This document shows, in pieces, positions 27,611-38,239 of a stretch of DNA of 64,000 nucleotides (position 1 is the first letter of the stretch; every line of letters begins with the position of its first letter). This stretch comes from Myxococcales bacterium (GTDB lineage Bacteria; Myxococcota_A; Polyangia; Fen-1088): NCBI GenBank assembly GCA_025350815.1, contig JANXXE010000051.1, positions 37 to 64,036 of the forward strand, in the 5' to 3' direction. Position numbers and translations under genes: made by a program. Under the pieces are notes generated by a model that worked only from the letters and a program-made list of their open reading frames with translations, ran no database searches and was not told where the DNA came from.

Positions 27611-29080
27611 TCACGCCGACTTGTCGTCGGTGCTCCAGGGCCCCTTGAAACCGGCGCGCGTCAAAAGCGAGCCGAATTCCTTCTTGGCGGGCGCGCGGTC
27701 GTAAGCCTCTTCCGGTGCGACGATGTCGTTCTTGACGAGATCCATCATCGAATCGTTCAGCGTTTGCATGCCCAGGCCCCGGCCCGTTTGCATCATCGAC
27801 GGAATCTGGAACGTCTTGCCGTCGCGGATCAGATTGGCGACGCCGGTCGTGACAATGAGAATTTCGAGCGCGGCGACGCGACCTCCGCCCTTCTTTTTCA
27901 GCAGCGTCTGCGCGACGACGCCCTTGAGGGATTCGGACAACATCACCCGGATCTGCGACTGGCGATCGGTCGGGAATTGATCAATCAGGCGGTCCACGGT
28001 CGACGGCGCCGTGTTCGTATGCAACGTGCCGAACACCAGGTGACCGGTCTCGGCGGTTTCGATGGCGATGGCCACTGTTTCAAGATCGCGCATCTCGCCG
28101 ACCAGGACGATGTCGGGATCCTCACGCAAAGCCGCCCGCAGCGCGGCCTTGAAGCTTTTGGTCTGCGTGCCGACCTCGCGCTGGTTGATGAGGCACTTTT
28201 TGTCCTTGTGGACGAATTCGACCGGGTCCTCGATGGTGATGATGTGATCGTCGCGGTTGGCGTTGATCCAGTCGACCATCGCCGCCAGCGTTGTCGATTT
28301 GCCGCTGCCCGTCGGTCCCGTCACCACCACCAGGCCCTTGTCGTACTGGCAGAAATCGAGACAGGCCTTGGGCAGGCGCAGTTCCTCGGCGGTCAGAATC
28401 TTCGACGGGATTTGCCGGAAGACGGCCCCGATGCCACCGATGTCGCGGAAGACATTGCAGCGCATGCGCGCGCGTTCGCCGAGCTCGTACGCGAAGTCGC
28501 TGTCATTGGTTTCCGCGAACTCGGCCCGGTTCCTGGCGGGCATGATGGCCTCGATGATGGGACCCAGCTGATCGGGCGTCAGGACAGCGCGGTCGGGCAT
28601 CACGGTCATGCTGCCGTCGATGCGCACCATCGGCACGTTGTGGGACTTGAGGTGCAGGTCAGACGCCTTCAGGTCGAGCATCTGGTGGAACAATTCGTCG
28701 ATGTGCTGCACGGGTCCCGCGTTGACCGGGGGGCGCCTGTCGGGCATCGAAATGGCGACGCTGGGCTTTGGTGCCGCGGGTGCCGCGCCGGCCAGTTTGA
28801 TCCGCACCGACAGGCCCACGATGGTGTCCTCGACGTCGATGGATACGCTGCCGATGGGCGCGGCGTAGGAATACGTGCGCGTGCCGGTCAGCCCCGGCGT
28901 GTAGGTGGCCCCAAGAACCTCGACCAGAAGACCTGCGATTTGTTCTTCGGACGCGGGTCGGGACGAAATGGGTCGGACTGATCCGCTGGCAATCAATTCG
29001 ACGGCCGCGCCGGCACGGAAGACCAGCGCCTCCGCCTTGTGCTTGACCATTGCTTCCAGGTAGCGGTCGAGGACTGCCAT
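27611..29080 (-). CDS. PilT/PilU-family type IV pilus retraction ATPase paralog with about 120-aa N-terminal extension
   Basis: 489 aa. The C-terminal roughly 370 aa align with PilT along the full length (GPTGSGKSTTLAAMVDWIN, HIITIEDPVEF, GEMRDLET, GHLVFGTLHT). The N-terminal extension looks like a degenerate PilT N-domain. Confidence 0.88.
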   Translation of the reverse strand: MAVLDRYLEAMVKHKAEALVFRAGAAVELIASGSVRPISSRPASEEQIAGLLVEVLGATYTPGLTGTRTYSYAAPIGSVSIDVEDTIVGLSVRIKLAGAAPAAPKPSVAISMPDRRPPVNAGPVQHIDELFHQMLDLKASDLHLKSHNVPMVRIDGSMTVMPDRAVLTPDQLGPIIEAIMPARNRAEFAETNDSDFAYELGERARMRCNVFRDIGGIGAVFRQIPSKILTAEELRLPKACLDFCQYDKGLVVVTGPTGSGKSTTLAAMVDWINANRDDHIITIEDPVEFVHKDKKCLINQREVGTQTKSFKAALRAALREDPDIVLVGEMRDLETVAIAIETAETGHLVFGTLHTNTAPSTVDRLIDQFPTDRQSQIRVMLSESLKGVVAQTLLKKKGGGRVAALEILIVTTGVANLIRDGKTFQIPSMMQTGRGLGMQTLNDSMMDLVKNDIVAPEEAYDRAPAKKEFGSLLTRAGFKGPWSTDDKSA

Positions 29081-29129
29081 CGCCCCACGGGGATCGACGC
29101 GTCCGGCACAAAGCTTGAGGAGGGCGGGT

Positions 29130-30674
29130 TCAGCCGCCGCGCGCGATGGCCTGTGCGAACAGCCGTGCGTGCGCGTAGATCGACAGCTGTGGATTCACCC
29201 CCACCGCCGTCGGAAAGATCGAGCCGTCGACGATCCACAGGTTCTCTATCTGGTGGTGGCGGCCTCGGGAGGTCACGACCGATCGTTTGGGATCGTCGCC
29301 CATCGGGCAGCCGCCCATTTGGTGGGCGGAAAACAATGTGTGCAGGTTCGGTCCGAACTGCGCCCGATCAAGATCGCCAATCTCGGCGTCTGTGCGAATG
29401 TGGATCGGCTTTGCGTGCAGCGAGATCACCTCGGTGGCGCCCGCCGCCAGCAGCAGACGCGCCATGTTCTTGATCGCGTCCCGCGCGGCCTCGCGCAGTC
29501 CGTCGCCTAACGGATAGGCAAGACGGATGCGCCCGTCAGCGCCGCAGCGAACCCGCCCACCCGGATCATCGTGCTGGCCATCGACCATCAAGGCGATGGT
29601 TGCCTGTGCGAAAGACAAGCGTTCGGCGAGGTGGCGGTGGCTGTCCCCGAAACCCGGAAAAGCGATCGAGGCCAGCATCGGGTGCGTGGGTGACGCCTCA
29701 AGGAAGTATCCAACGTTTGTCCCCCTGTCAGCGAAGTGATGGCAGGACACCGACTGGGGCGCGCCGTAGAAGCCTTCGACGGGTTCTGCGAACAGTCCCA
29801 CCATCGGGACCGCGGGGTGCAAGAACGTTCGCTTGCCGACAAGGCCACTGTCGTCGCCCACGCCCGCGCGCAGCAGCAGGGCCGGCGTGTTGATCGCGCC
29901 GGCGGCCAGCACCAGGCCCCGGGACGGGTGGACGGTGATGCCGCGACCACTCGGGCGATCGAGATCTTCGTCCAGAAACTCGCCGCTGACGGACTCGACG
30001 CGATGGCCCTTGCGTTTGATGGTGGTGACGCGACAGTTGGCGTAGAGATCGGCGCCGGCAGCGACGGCGTCAGGGACGTAGGTGACCAGCGCGGACTGCT
30101 TGGCGTCCAGCGGGCAACCCATGCCGCAGTAGCCAAGTCGCGCGCAGCCCTTGACGTTTCGATGGATCAATTCGGGCCGCCAGCCCAGCTTGTCGGCGCC
30201 GTCCCACAGTTTCTGGTTGTTGCGGTTCACGTCGTCGCGGCTGCCGGGGTGGATGTTCAGGCGGTGCTCGACGGCCTCGAAGTGTGGGGCCAGCGTCGCG
30301 GGATCAAGGCCTGTGACACCGAACTTGTCCGCCCACAGCCGCAGCGTCCGGTCCGGCGTTCGAAACGACGACGTCCAGTTCACCGTGGTACCGCCACCGA
30401 CGGTGCGGCCCTGCAGGATCATGATCGCCAGATCTTCGGTCGCGCGGTTTCCGTGGTCCTGGTACAGCGTGGGATAGGCCCAGGCCTCTTGCATGTTGAA
30501 CTCGCGGCGCGTGTGGTGCCCGCCTTCCTCCAGGATGACAACGCGTGCGCCGGCCGCCGCCAGCGTCGCGGCGGCCACGCTGCCCCCGGCGCCGCTGCCC
30601 ACCACGCAGAAGTCGCAGTCCAGCGTCAGGTTGCCGCTGATGTCCTGACCCCGCTTGATGGTCCCGGGTGTCAT
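29130..30674 (-). CDS. GMC-family FAD-dependent oxidoreductase (gluconate 2-dehydrogenase / choline dehydrogenase-like large subunit)
   Basis: 514 aa. N-terminal FAD-binding motif CDFCVVGSGAGGSVAA; GMC C-terminal region. Confidence 0.88.
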   Translation of the reverse strand: MTPGTIKRGQDISGNLTLDCDFCVVGSGAGGSVAAATLAAAGARVVILEEGGHHTRREFNMQEAWAYPTLYQDHGNRATEDLAIMILQGRTVGGGTTVNWTSSFRTPDRTLRLWADKFGVTGLDPATLAPHFEAVEHRLNIHPGSRDDVNRNNQKLWDGADKLGWRPELIHRNVKGCARLGYCGMGCPLDAKQSALVTYVPDAVAAGADLYANCRVTTIKRKGHRVESVSGEFLDEDLDRPSGRGITVHPSRGLVLAAGAINTPALLLRAGVGDDSGLVGKRTFLHPAVPMVGLFAEPVEGFYGAPQSVSCHHFADRGTNVGYFLEASPTHPMLASIAFPGFGDSHRHLAERLSFAQATIALMVDGQHDDPGGRVRCGADGRIRLAYPLGDGLREAARDAIKNMARLLLAAGATEVISLHAKPIHIRTDAEIGDLDRAQFGPNLHTLFSAHQMGGCPMGDDPKRSVVTSRGRHHQIENLWIVDGSIFPTAVGVNPQLSIYAHARLFAQAIARGG

Positions 30675-31246
30675 CGGAGGGGAAAGGCCGGAACCTCGGG
30701 CGGGCCGGGGTAACCCATCAGGGGGTAGACTTCGGGCGACGAGAAGTAGGTGGCGTGGGCCAGACGCACGACGGCCTGGTAGCCGGTACGAAAAATCACG
30801 ATCCGCGAGTCGCGCCAGTGTTCGAGGCGGGTGTCTTGGTCCGTCGGCGACAGGCGCGTGAACGGCGTGGGCGCCAGCTGAATCAGCAGACCGACGAGGC
30901 CATTTTCGAACAGTGTCAGCAGTTGTTTGAACTCACGACCTATAGACGGGTGTGCCCGCGCCAGCAGCGCGTCGACCTTGCCGGCACAATCCAGCGCTTC
31001 GGCGGACGGCCACGTGGGATCTGCCGCGGGCCCTGGCACCACGCGGGCCGCAATCGCGCTGAACACAGCGTGCTCGGACCTGGACAGCAGTTTCAGCGGC
31101 CCACGGGGCTCGGGCCCCAGTCGCGTCGCGCGCAGGGCAATGGGAAGGGCGCCGCCCACAAACAGCAGCGCGCCCCCCACCATCCCCTTTTTCACCAGAC
31201 TGCGCCGCGCAAGCGCGTGTGGGGTCAGGGGCTCGGGCGCGATCAT
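30671..31246 (-). CDS. gluconate 2-dehydrogenase subunit 3-family protein (Tat-signal small subunit)
   Basis: Internal Met chosen so the protein begins MIAPEPLTPHALARRSLVKKGMVGG, a twin-arginine signal. Overlaps the GMC gene by 4 nt. Confidence 0.65.
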   Translation of the reverse strand: MIAPEPLTPHALARRSLVKKGMVGGALLFVGGALPIALRATRLGPEPRGPLKLLSRSEHAVFSAIAARVVPGPAADPTWPSAEALDCAGKVDALLARAHPSIGREFKQLLTLFENGLVGLLIQLAPTPFTRLSPTDQDTRLEHWRDSRIVIFRTGYQAVVRLAHATYFSSPEVYPLMGYPGPPEVPAFPLR

Positions 31247-31360
31247 CGCTGCGCATAGTAGCCCGTCCAGGGCGGGCGTTCGCCACCGGCGTGAACTCCC
31301 GAGATTCGGCCCGAGATCGAGTTTGACAGGCCGGTTAGATTCTCCTAGGGTTCCGGCGGT

Positions 31361-31894
31361 TTGACGTCCATGCCTCTTGAGTTCTCTGCCCAATCGAAGC
31401 TGCAAATCGAGCGTCTTCGCAGCCGCTATCCCACGAACCAGGCCGCACTGTTGCCAGTGCTGCATCTGGCGCAGGACGAGTTTGGTTCACTACCCGACGA
31501 GGCGCTGGATCTGGTCGCGAAGACGCTGGAGCTTCCTGCCGCGCACGTTTTCGGCGTGGTCACCTTCTACACGATGTTTCACCGCGAGCCGCACGGCGCG
31601 AACGAGCTGATGGTGTGCACGAACGTGTCGTGCATGCTGCGCGGCGGATACGACATTTTGCATCACATCGAAAAGACGCTGGGCGTGAAGGCGGGTGAGA
31701 CCACCGCCGATGGCGCTTTCTCGCTGGTCGAAGAAGAGTGCCTCGCGGCCTGCGCGAACGCGCCCATGATGATCTGCGGCAACGAATATTTTCTCGACCT
31801 GACGCCCGACAAAGTCGACCGGGCGCTCGACGAGCTGCGGAAGCGGTATGACGAGCGCAAGCGCGTGGCAGCACCGGCCGGACGCAAGACCTAG
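31361..31894 (+). CDS. nuoE: NADH-quinone oxidoreductase subunit E (2Fe-2S)
   Basis: 177 aa. Cys ligands in CTNVSCMLRGG and EECLAACANAPMMICG. Confidence 0.9.
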   Translation: MTSMPLEFSAQSKLQIERLRSRYPTNQAALLPVLHLAQDEFGSLPDEALDLVAKTLELPAAHVFGVVTFYTMFHREPHGANELMVCTNVSCMLRGGYDILHHIEKTLGVKAGETTADGAFSLVEEECLAACANAPMMICGNEYFLDLTPDKVDRALDELRKRYDERKRVAAPAGRKT

Positions 31895-31901
31895 GAAATA
31901 C

Positions 31902-33239
31902 ATGGGCTGGCAGGACGCAAAGGGCACCAAGATAGTCACGCGAAACTTCGGCGTGGCGAATTCGCACAAGCTGGCCGTGTACACCTCGGGCGGCGGCTGG
32001 GAGGGCTTCAAGAAGGCCATCACGGCGGCCCCGCCCGCGCTGCTGGACGAGGTCAAGAAGTCGAATCTGCGCGGACGCGGGGGCGCCGGTTTCTCGACGG
32101 GGATGAAGTGGTCCTTCATTCCCAAGGAGGCCAAGCGCGTTTACCTGGTCTGCAACGCTGACGAGTCCGAGCCGGGCACCTGCAAGGATCGGGAGCTTCT
32201 GGCCTACGACCCGCACATGCTGATCGAGGGTATGACAATCGCGTCGTACACCGTCGGCTGCAAGCACGCGTACATCTACATCCGTGGCGAGATGATGCGC
32301 GAAGCGAAGATCGTTCAGGCTGCGATCGACGAGGCCTACGAGGCCGGCTGGCTGGGACGTGAGCACGCCACGGCGAATGGGCCCTTCAAGCTGGATATCA
32401 CCCTGCATCGGGGGGCCGGCGCGTACATCTGCGGCGAAGAAACGGCCTTGCTGAATTCGCTGGAAGGGCAGCGCGGGTGGCCGAGGCTGAAGCCGCCGTT
32501 CCCGGCGGTCAAGGGTCTGTTCAAGGAAGCGACCATCGTCAACAATGTCGAGACCTTGATGAACGTTCCCGACATCGTTCTCAAGGGCGGCGACTGGTTC
32601 GCCAAGCTTGGCACCGCAAAGTCTGGTGGCACGCGCATCGTCTGCGTGTCGGGCCACGTGAAGAAGCCCGGGGTTTACGAGCTTCCGATGGGGATCCCCT
32701 TCCGCGATCTCATCTATGACGTTTGCGGCGGCATCGTCGGTGACCGCCCCCTCAAGGGGCTGATTCCGGGTGGCAGCTCTATGCCGCCACTGGATGCCAG
32801 CGAGATCGACGTGCCGATCGAATTCGATGCCCTAATGACCGACCCACGCATCAAGGATGTCGAGGCCAAGCCCGGCGTGCCCTTCGATCTTGGTGGCGGC
32901 CGGCGCCTCAAGACAATGGCCGGTTCGGGCGGCGTGGTCGTGTTCGACGACAGCACGGATGTGGTCGCTTTGTGCGCGCGGATCATGCGGTTTTATGCCC
33001 ACGAATCCTGTGGGCAGTGCACGCCCTGTCGCGAAGGCACGGGCTGGTTGGCGCGGGTCTGCACACGCCTGGCGGCGGGGGACGGGCGTCCTGGCGATGT
33101 GGACCTGCTGGCCCACGTGGCGGTGGGGATCGCCGGCAACACCATCTGTGCGCTGGGCGAGGCGGCGGCCTGGCCGATGCTGGGTTTCCTGACCAAGTTT
33201 CGTGGCGACTTCGAACAGAGACTGCGGAAGGTGGCCTAG
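31902..33239 (+). CDS. nuoF: NADH-quinone oxidoreductase subunit F
   Basis: Start moved to an ATG preceded by AGGAAA, 8 nt after the nuoE stop. FMN/NADH and 4Fe-4S motifs (GRGGAGF, ESCGQCTPCREG). Confidence 0.9.
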   Translation: MGWQDAKGTKIVTRNFGVANSHKLAVYTSGGGWEGFKKAITAAPPALLDEVKKSNLRGRGGAGFSTGMKWSFIPKEAKRVYLVCNADESEPGTCKDRELLAYDPHMLIEGMTIASYTVGCKHAYIYIRGEMMREAKIVQAAIDEAYEAGWLGREHATANGPFKLDITLHRGAGAYICGEETALLNSLEGQRGWPRLKPPFPAVKGLFKEATIVNNVETLMNVPDIVLKGGDWFAKLGTAKSGGTRIVCVSGHVKKPGVYELPMGIPFRDLIYDVCGGIVGDRPLKGLIPGGSSMPPLDASEIDVPIEFDALMTDPRIKDVEAKPGVPFDLGGGRRLKTMAGSGGVVVFDDSTDVVALCARIMRFYAHESCGQCTPCREGTGWLARVCTRLAAGDGRPGDVDLLAHVAVGIAGNTICALGEAAAWPMLGFLTKFRGDFEQRLRKVA

Positions 33240-33400
33240 TGCCTCACGTCAGAAGTTCGGGCAGTGCTGGCAAGCCGATCCGACGCTCCGGCTGCGTTGC
33301 TTCTCGTTACCGTACCTACGGGTACGCCTTCTCGTCGCGCCTTGCCGGACCGCCGGCTTGGCTTCCGATCACTGCCCGATCTTCTGACGTGAGGCACTAG
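33236..33400. repeat. 31-bp inverted repeat (1 mismatch) flanking a 103-bp spacer, exactly filling the nuoF-nuoJ intergenic region
   Basis: Arm 1 at 33236-33266 is CTAGTGCCTCACGTCAGAAGTTCGGGCAGTG. Arm 2 at 33370-33400 is its reverse complement apart from one base. A nested short palindrome CCGTACCTACGGGTACG lies in the spacer. Confidence 0.8.
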
Positions 33401-33402
33401 CC

Positions 33403-34065
33403 GTGCACCAATTGCATACGCAGACGGTGGGACTGCCGGCGACAATCACCTTCGCGATTCTCGCCGGGCTGACTGTTATCGGGGCGCTGTTCACCATCAC
33501 GCGTCGGAATCCCGTCGTCGCCGTGATCTCGCTGGTTGGGACGTTTTTCGCGCTGGCCGGCGTCTACGCGTCGTTGTCGGCCCACTTTCTCGCCATCCTG
33601 CAGATCCTGGTCTACGCGGGCGCCATCATGGTGCTTTTCATCTTCGTCGTGATGATTCTCAACCGGGACGAGATCACGCGCGTCGCGGCCCGGGGCATGG
33701 TGCGGCGGGGTCTGGGCGTGGTCGCCGCTGGGTATGTCGTGTGGCTACTGGCGTCGGTGGTCGCGAATTCCAGCGCGACGCCGCTTCTGGGCGGTCCCCT
33801 GTCGGAGCCGGGAGCCGATTTCGGCACGGTGGCGTCGGTGGGCGCATCGCTGTTCACGGACTTCATGTTCCCCTTCGAGGCCGTCTCGTTGCTGTTGCTG
33901 GTGGCCGTTGTCGGCGGTCTGGTGGTCTCGCGCTCTGAGAAACAGGAAGACGACGCCGAAGAAACCGCGCGTCGCCGCGCCCAGGTCGCGACCGAGATTC
34001 GTCCCGAGTCAATGGTCGGGGGACCGACCGATGCCACGGCCAACCACGAGGCCGCCCACCACTAA
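33403..34065 (+). CDS. nuoJ: NADH-quinone oxidoreductase subunit J
   Basis: 220 aa, GTG start. Polytopic membrane protein with the NuoJ pattern (ILQILVYAGAIMVLFIFVVM). Confidence 0.82.
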   Translation: MHQLHTQTVGLPATITFAILAGLTVIGALFTITRRNPVVAVISLVGTFFALAGVYASLSAHFLAILQILVYAGAIMVLFIFVVMILNRDEITRVAARGMVRRGLGVVAAGYVVWLLASVVANSSATPLLGGPLSEPGADFGTVASVGASLFTDFMFPFEAVSLLLLVAVVGGLVVSRSEKQEDDAEETARRRAQVATEIRPESMVGGPTDATANHEAAHH

Positions 34066-34364
34066 TGCCAACCCTCTACTATCTGTACCTGTCCTTTGCG
34101 CTGTTCTTCATTGGGACGGCGGGTGTGCTTTTGCGCCGCAACGCGCTTATCGTTTTGATGGCGATCGAGTTGCAGTTGAACGCGGGCAACCTCGCCTTGC
34201 TCGCGTTTTCGCGCTCGCTCGGCGATCTCAAGGGGCACGTCTTTGCGTTCTTCGTGATTGCGCTGGCCGCTGCCGAGGCGGCCGTTGGTCTGGCCATCCT
34301 GGTCGGCATGTACCGAACCCGCCAGACGATCAATCTGGACGAAGTCGCCACGATGAAGCGTTGA
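34065..34364 (+). CDS. nuoK: NADH-quinone oxidoreductase subunit K
   Basis: 99 aa (MPTLYYLYLSFALFFIGTAGVLLRRNALIVLMAIELQLNAGNLALLAF). Confidence 0.9.
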   Translation: MPTLYYLYLSFALFFIGTAGVLLRRNALIVLMAIELQLNAGNLALLAFSRSLGDLKGHVFAFFVIALAAAEAAVGLAILVGMYRTRQTINLDEVATMKR

Positions 34365-34385
34365 TGAAGCGTTAGGGATCCACAC

Positions 34386-36602
34386 ATGTCTTTCAGCCTC
34401 CGTCTCATCCCCCTTCTGCCCTTCGCCGGCGCGACCGTGTTGCTGCTGTTCGGACGGGCCTTCAGCCGTCAATGGGTCCACCTGATTGCCTGCTTGGCGA
34501 TCGGCACGGCCTTCCTGGTGTCCGCTGACGCCTTCTTCACGGCGTTGCCGGCGGCGCATGAATCGGGTGGTCTGCACGACATCGTGTGGGCCTGGTTCGC
34601 AAGCGGCGACCTCAAGGTCGACCTCGCGTTTCGCATGGATGCCCTGTCCGGCGTGATGTGTCTCATCATCACGTTCATCGGGACGCTGATTCACATCTAT
34701 TCGGCAGGCTACATGAGCCACGAGAAAGATTACGCCCGCTTCTTCGCGTATCTGAACCTGTTCTGCGGCGCGATGTTGATCCTGGTCCTCGGCGATTCCC
34801 TGCCGGTGATGTTCGTCGGCTGGGAGGGCGTGGGTCTGTGCAGCTACCTGCTGATCGGCTTCTGGTACGGGCAGACAGCGAACGCCAACGCCGGCAAGAA
34901 GGCCTTCATCACCAACCGCATCGGCGACTTCGGCTTCCTGCTGGGGATGTTTCTGCTGTTTTCGGCCACGAACACCCTGGATATGCCGGGCATCAATGCT
35001 GCGGCGAAGGCCGGGGCGGCGGGCCTGACCGAGATTTCGTGGATGGGGCAGCCGGTCGCTTTTTGGGCCGCGCTGTTCTTGTTTGTGGGTGCGGCGGGCA
35101 AGTCGGCGCAGATTCCCCTTTACGTCTGGCTGCCGGACGCAATGGCGGGTCCCACCCCAGTTTCGGCCTTGATCCACGCTGCCACGATGGTGACGGCGGG
35201 TGTGTACATGGTCGCCCGCCTCGGGGCGCTTTACTTGTTGTCGCCGGCCGCGATGGCGATTGTGGCGCTGGTTGGCGCCGCGACGGCCATCTTCGCCGCC
35301 ATCATCGGGTTCGCGCAGAACGACTTCAAGAAGGTGCTGGCCTATTCAACCGTCAGCCAGTTGGGCTTCATGTTTGCCGGCGTCGGCACCGGCGCGTTCG
35401 GCAGCGGCGTGTTCCACCTGTATACGCACGCCTTCTTCAAGGCCGGGTTGTTTCTGTGTGCCGGCTCGGTCATGCACGCGATGAGCGGCTCAGGCGACAT
35501 CACGAAGATGGGTGGTCTCGGTCGCAAGATTCCCTGGACGCACCGGGTGTTCTTCGTTTGCTGGTTGGCCATCTGCGGCGTGCCGATCTTCTCGGGGTTC
35601 TTTTCCAAGGACGCCATCGTCGCGGGCGCGTTTGCGACGCACGTCTTCGGCGAATCGCTGTCCTGGGTCGGTCCCGTCGTGGGTACGGTGCTGCTGCTGG
35701 CCGCACTGTGCACGTCGTTCTACATGTCGCGCCTGTACTTTCTGGTTTTCAGCGGCGAATGCCGCGCCGACCACGAGACACAGCACCACATTCACGAGTC
35801 GCCGATCGAGATGGTCGGACCCCTGGTGGTTCTGGCCGTCGGTGCGGGCCTGGGTGGTCTCATCGGATTTCCCGGGGGGCTGTTTGGCCACGAGGAATGG
35901 AATCTGCTCGGTCACTGGCTTGAGCCCGTCGTGGGCCCCGAGTTGCATATACCGCACGCAGTGGAAGTGACCGTAATGGCGGCCTCGACCGCGGTCGCGT
36001 TCGTCGGAATATTCTTGGCGCGCGCGTTTTTCGGCGGCGGCTACCGCGAGCCGGCCCATCAGTTTGCGCGGTCGATGCCGGGCTTTGTGGCCCTGGTGCG
36101 GGACAAGTTTCGCGTCGACGAACTGTACAATTTCTTCATCGTTCGCCCTCTGCGATTCGTGAGCCGGGGATTGTTCGTCATCGTCGATCGCATCGTCATC
36201 GACAAGGCGATGGTGGAAGTGCCGGCAGCGATTGTCGGCGTTTTCGGCCGCGCGGCGCGCTGGTTTCAAGCCGGCGATGCCCAGCGCTACCTGGCAACAT
36301 TCGCCATCGGCGTGGCGGCGATCTTTTATCTGGCCACACGCCCGCCTGCCCCCGACGCATTCAAGGTGACCATCCAGGGCACCGCCGTCGACGTGGACGC
36401 CCGGGGCGTCGCTGGAACCGCGGGCCGCACCCTGCTTTACGATTTCGACTTCGAGGCTGATGGCACCGTGGATCGCAAGGGCTCAAGTCCCACCGCCCAT
36501 TTCGTGTATGAGGGCACCGGAACGTACGTCATCCGGGTCACCATCAAGGATCCGCGCTGGGGTACATCCACCAGGCTCGAGCAGAAGGTGAGAATTCAGT
36601 AG
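34386..36602 (+). CDS. nuoL: NADH-quinone oxidoreductase subunit L with C-terminal PKD-like domain fusion
   Basis: 738 aa. NuoL antiporter-like core to about aa 640, then AFKVTIQGTAVDVD...LLYDFDFEADGTVDRKGSSPTAHFVYEGTGTYVIRVTIKDPRWG, which matches the PKD hallmark (YDFDFGDG...HxYxxxGTYTVTLTV). Confidence 0.88.
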   Translation: MSFSLRLIPLLPFAGATVLLLFGRAFSRQWVHLIACLAIGTAFLVSADAFFTALPAAHESGGLHDIVWAWFASGDLKVDLAFRMDALSGVMCLIITFIGTLIHIYSAGYMSHEKDYARFFAYLNLFCGAMLILVLGDSLPVMFVGWEGVGLCSYLLIGFWYGQTANANAGKKAFITNRIGDFGFLLGMFLLFSATNTLDMPGINAAAKAGAAGLTEISWMGQPVAFWAALFLFVGAAGKSAQIPLYVWLPDAMAGPTPVSALIHAATMVTAGVYMVARLGALYLLSPAAMAIVALVGAATAIFAAIIGFAQNDFKKVLAYSTVSQLGFMFAGVGTGAFGSGVFHLYTHAFFKAGLFLCAGSVMHAMSGSGDITKMGGLGRKIPWTHRVFFVCWLAICGVPIFSGFFSKDAIVAGAFATHVFGESLSWVGPVVGTVLLLAALCTSFYMSRLYFLVFSGECRADHETQHHIHESPIEMVGPLVVLAVGAGLGGLIGFPGGLFGHEEWNLLGHWLEPVVGPELHIPHAVEVTVMAASTAVAFVGIFLARAFFGGGYREPAHQFARSMPGFVALVRDKFRVDELYNFFIVRPLRFVSRGLFVIVDRIVIDKAMVEVPAAIVGVFGRAARWFQAGDAQRYLATFAIGVAAIFYLATRPPAPDAFKVTIQGTAVDVDARGVAGTAGRTLLYDFDFEADGTVDRKGSSPTAHFVYEGTGTYVIRVTIKDPRWGTSTRLEQKVRIQ

Positions 36603-36604
36603 TC

Positions 36605-38235
<1,631 letters not shown>

Positions 38236-38239
<4 letters not shown>

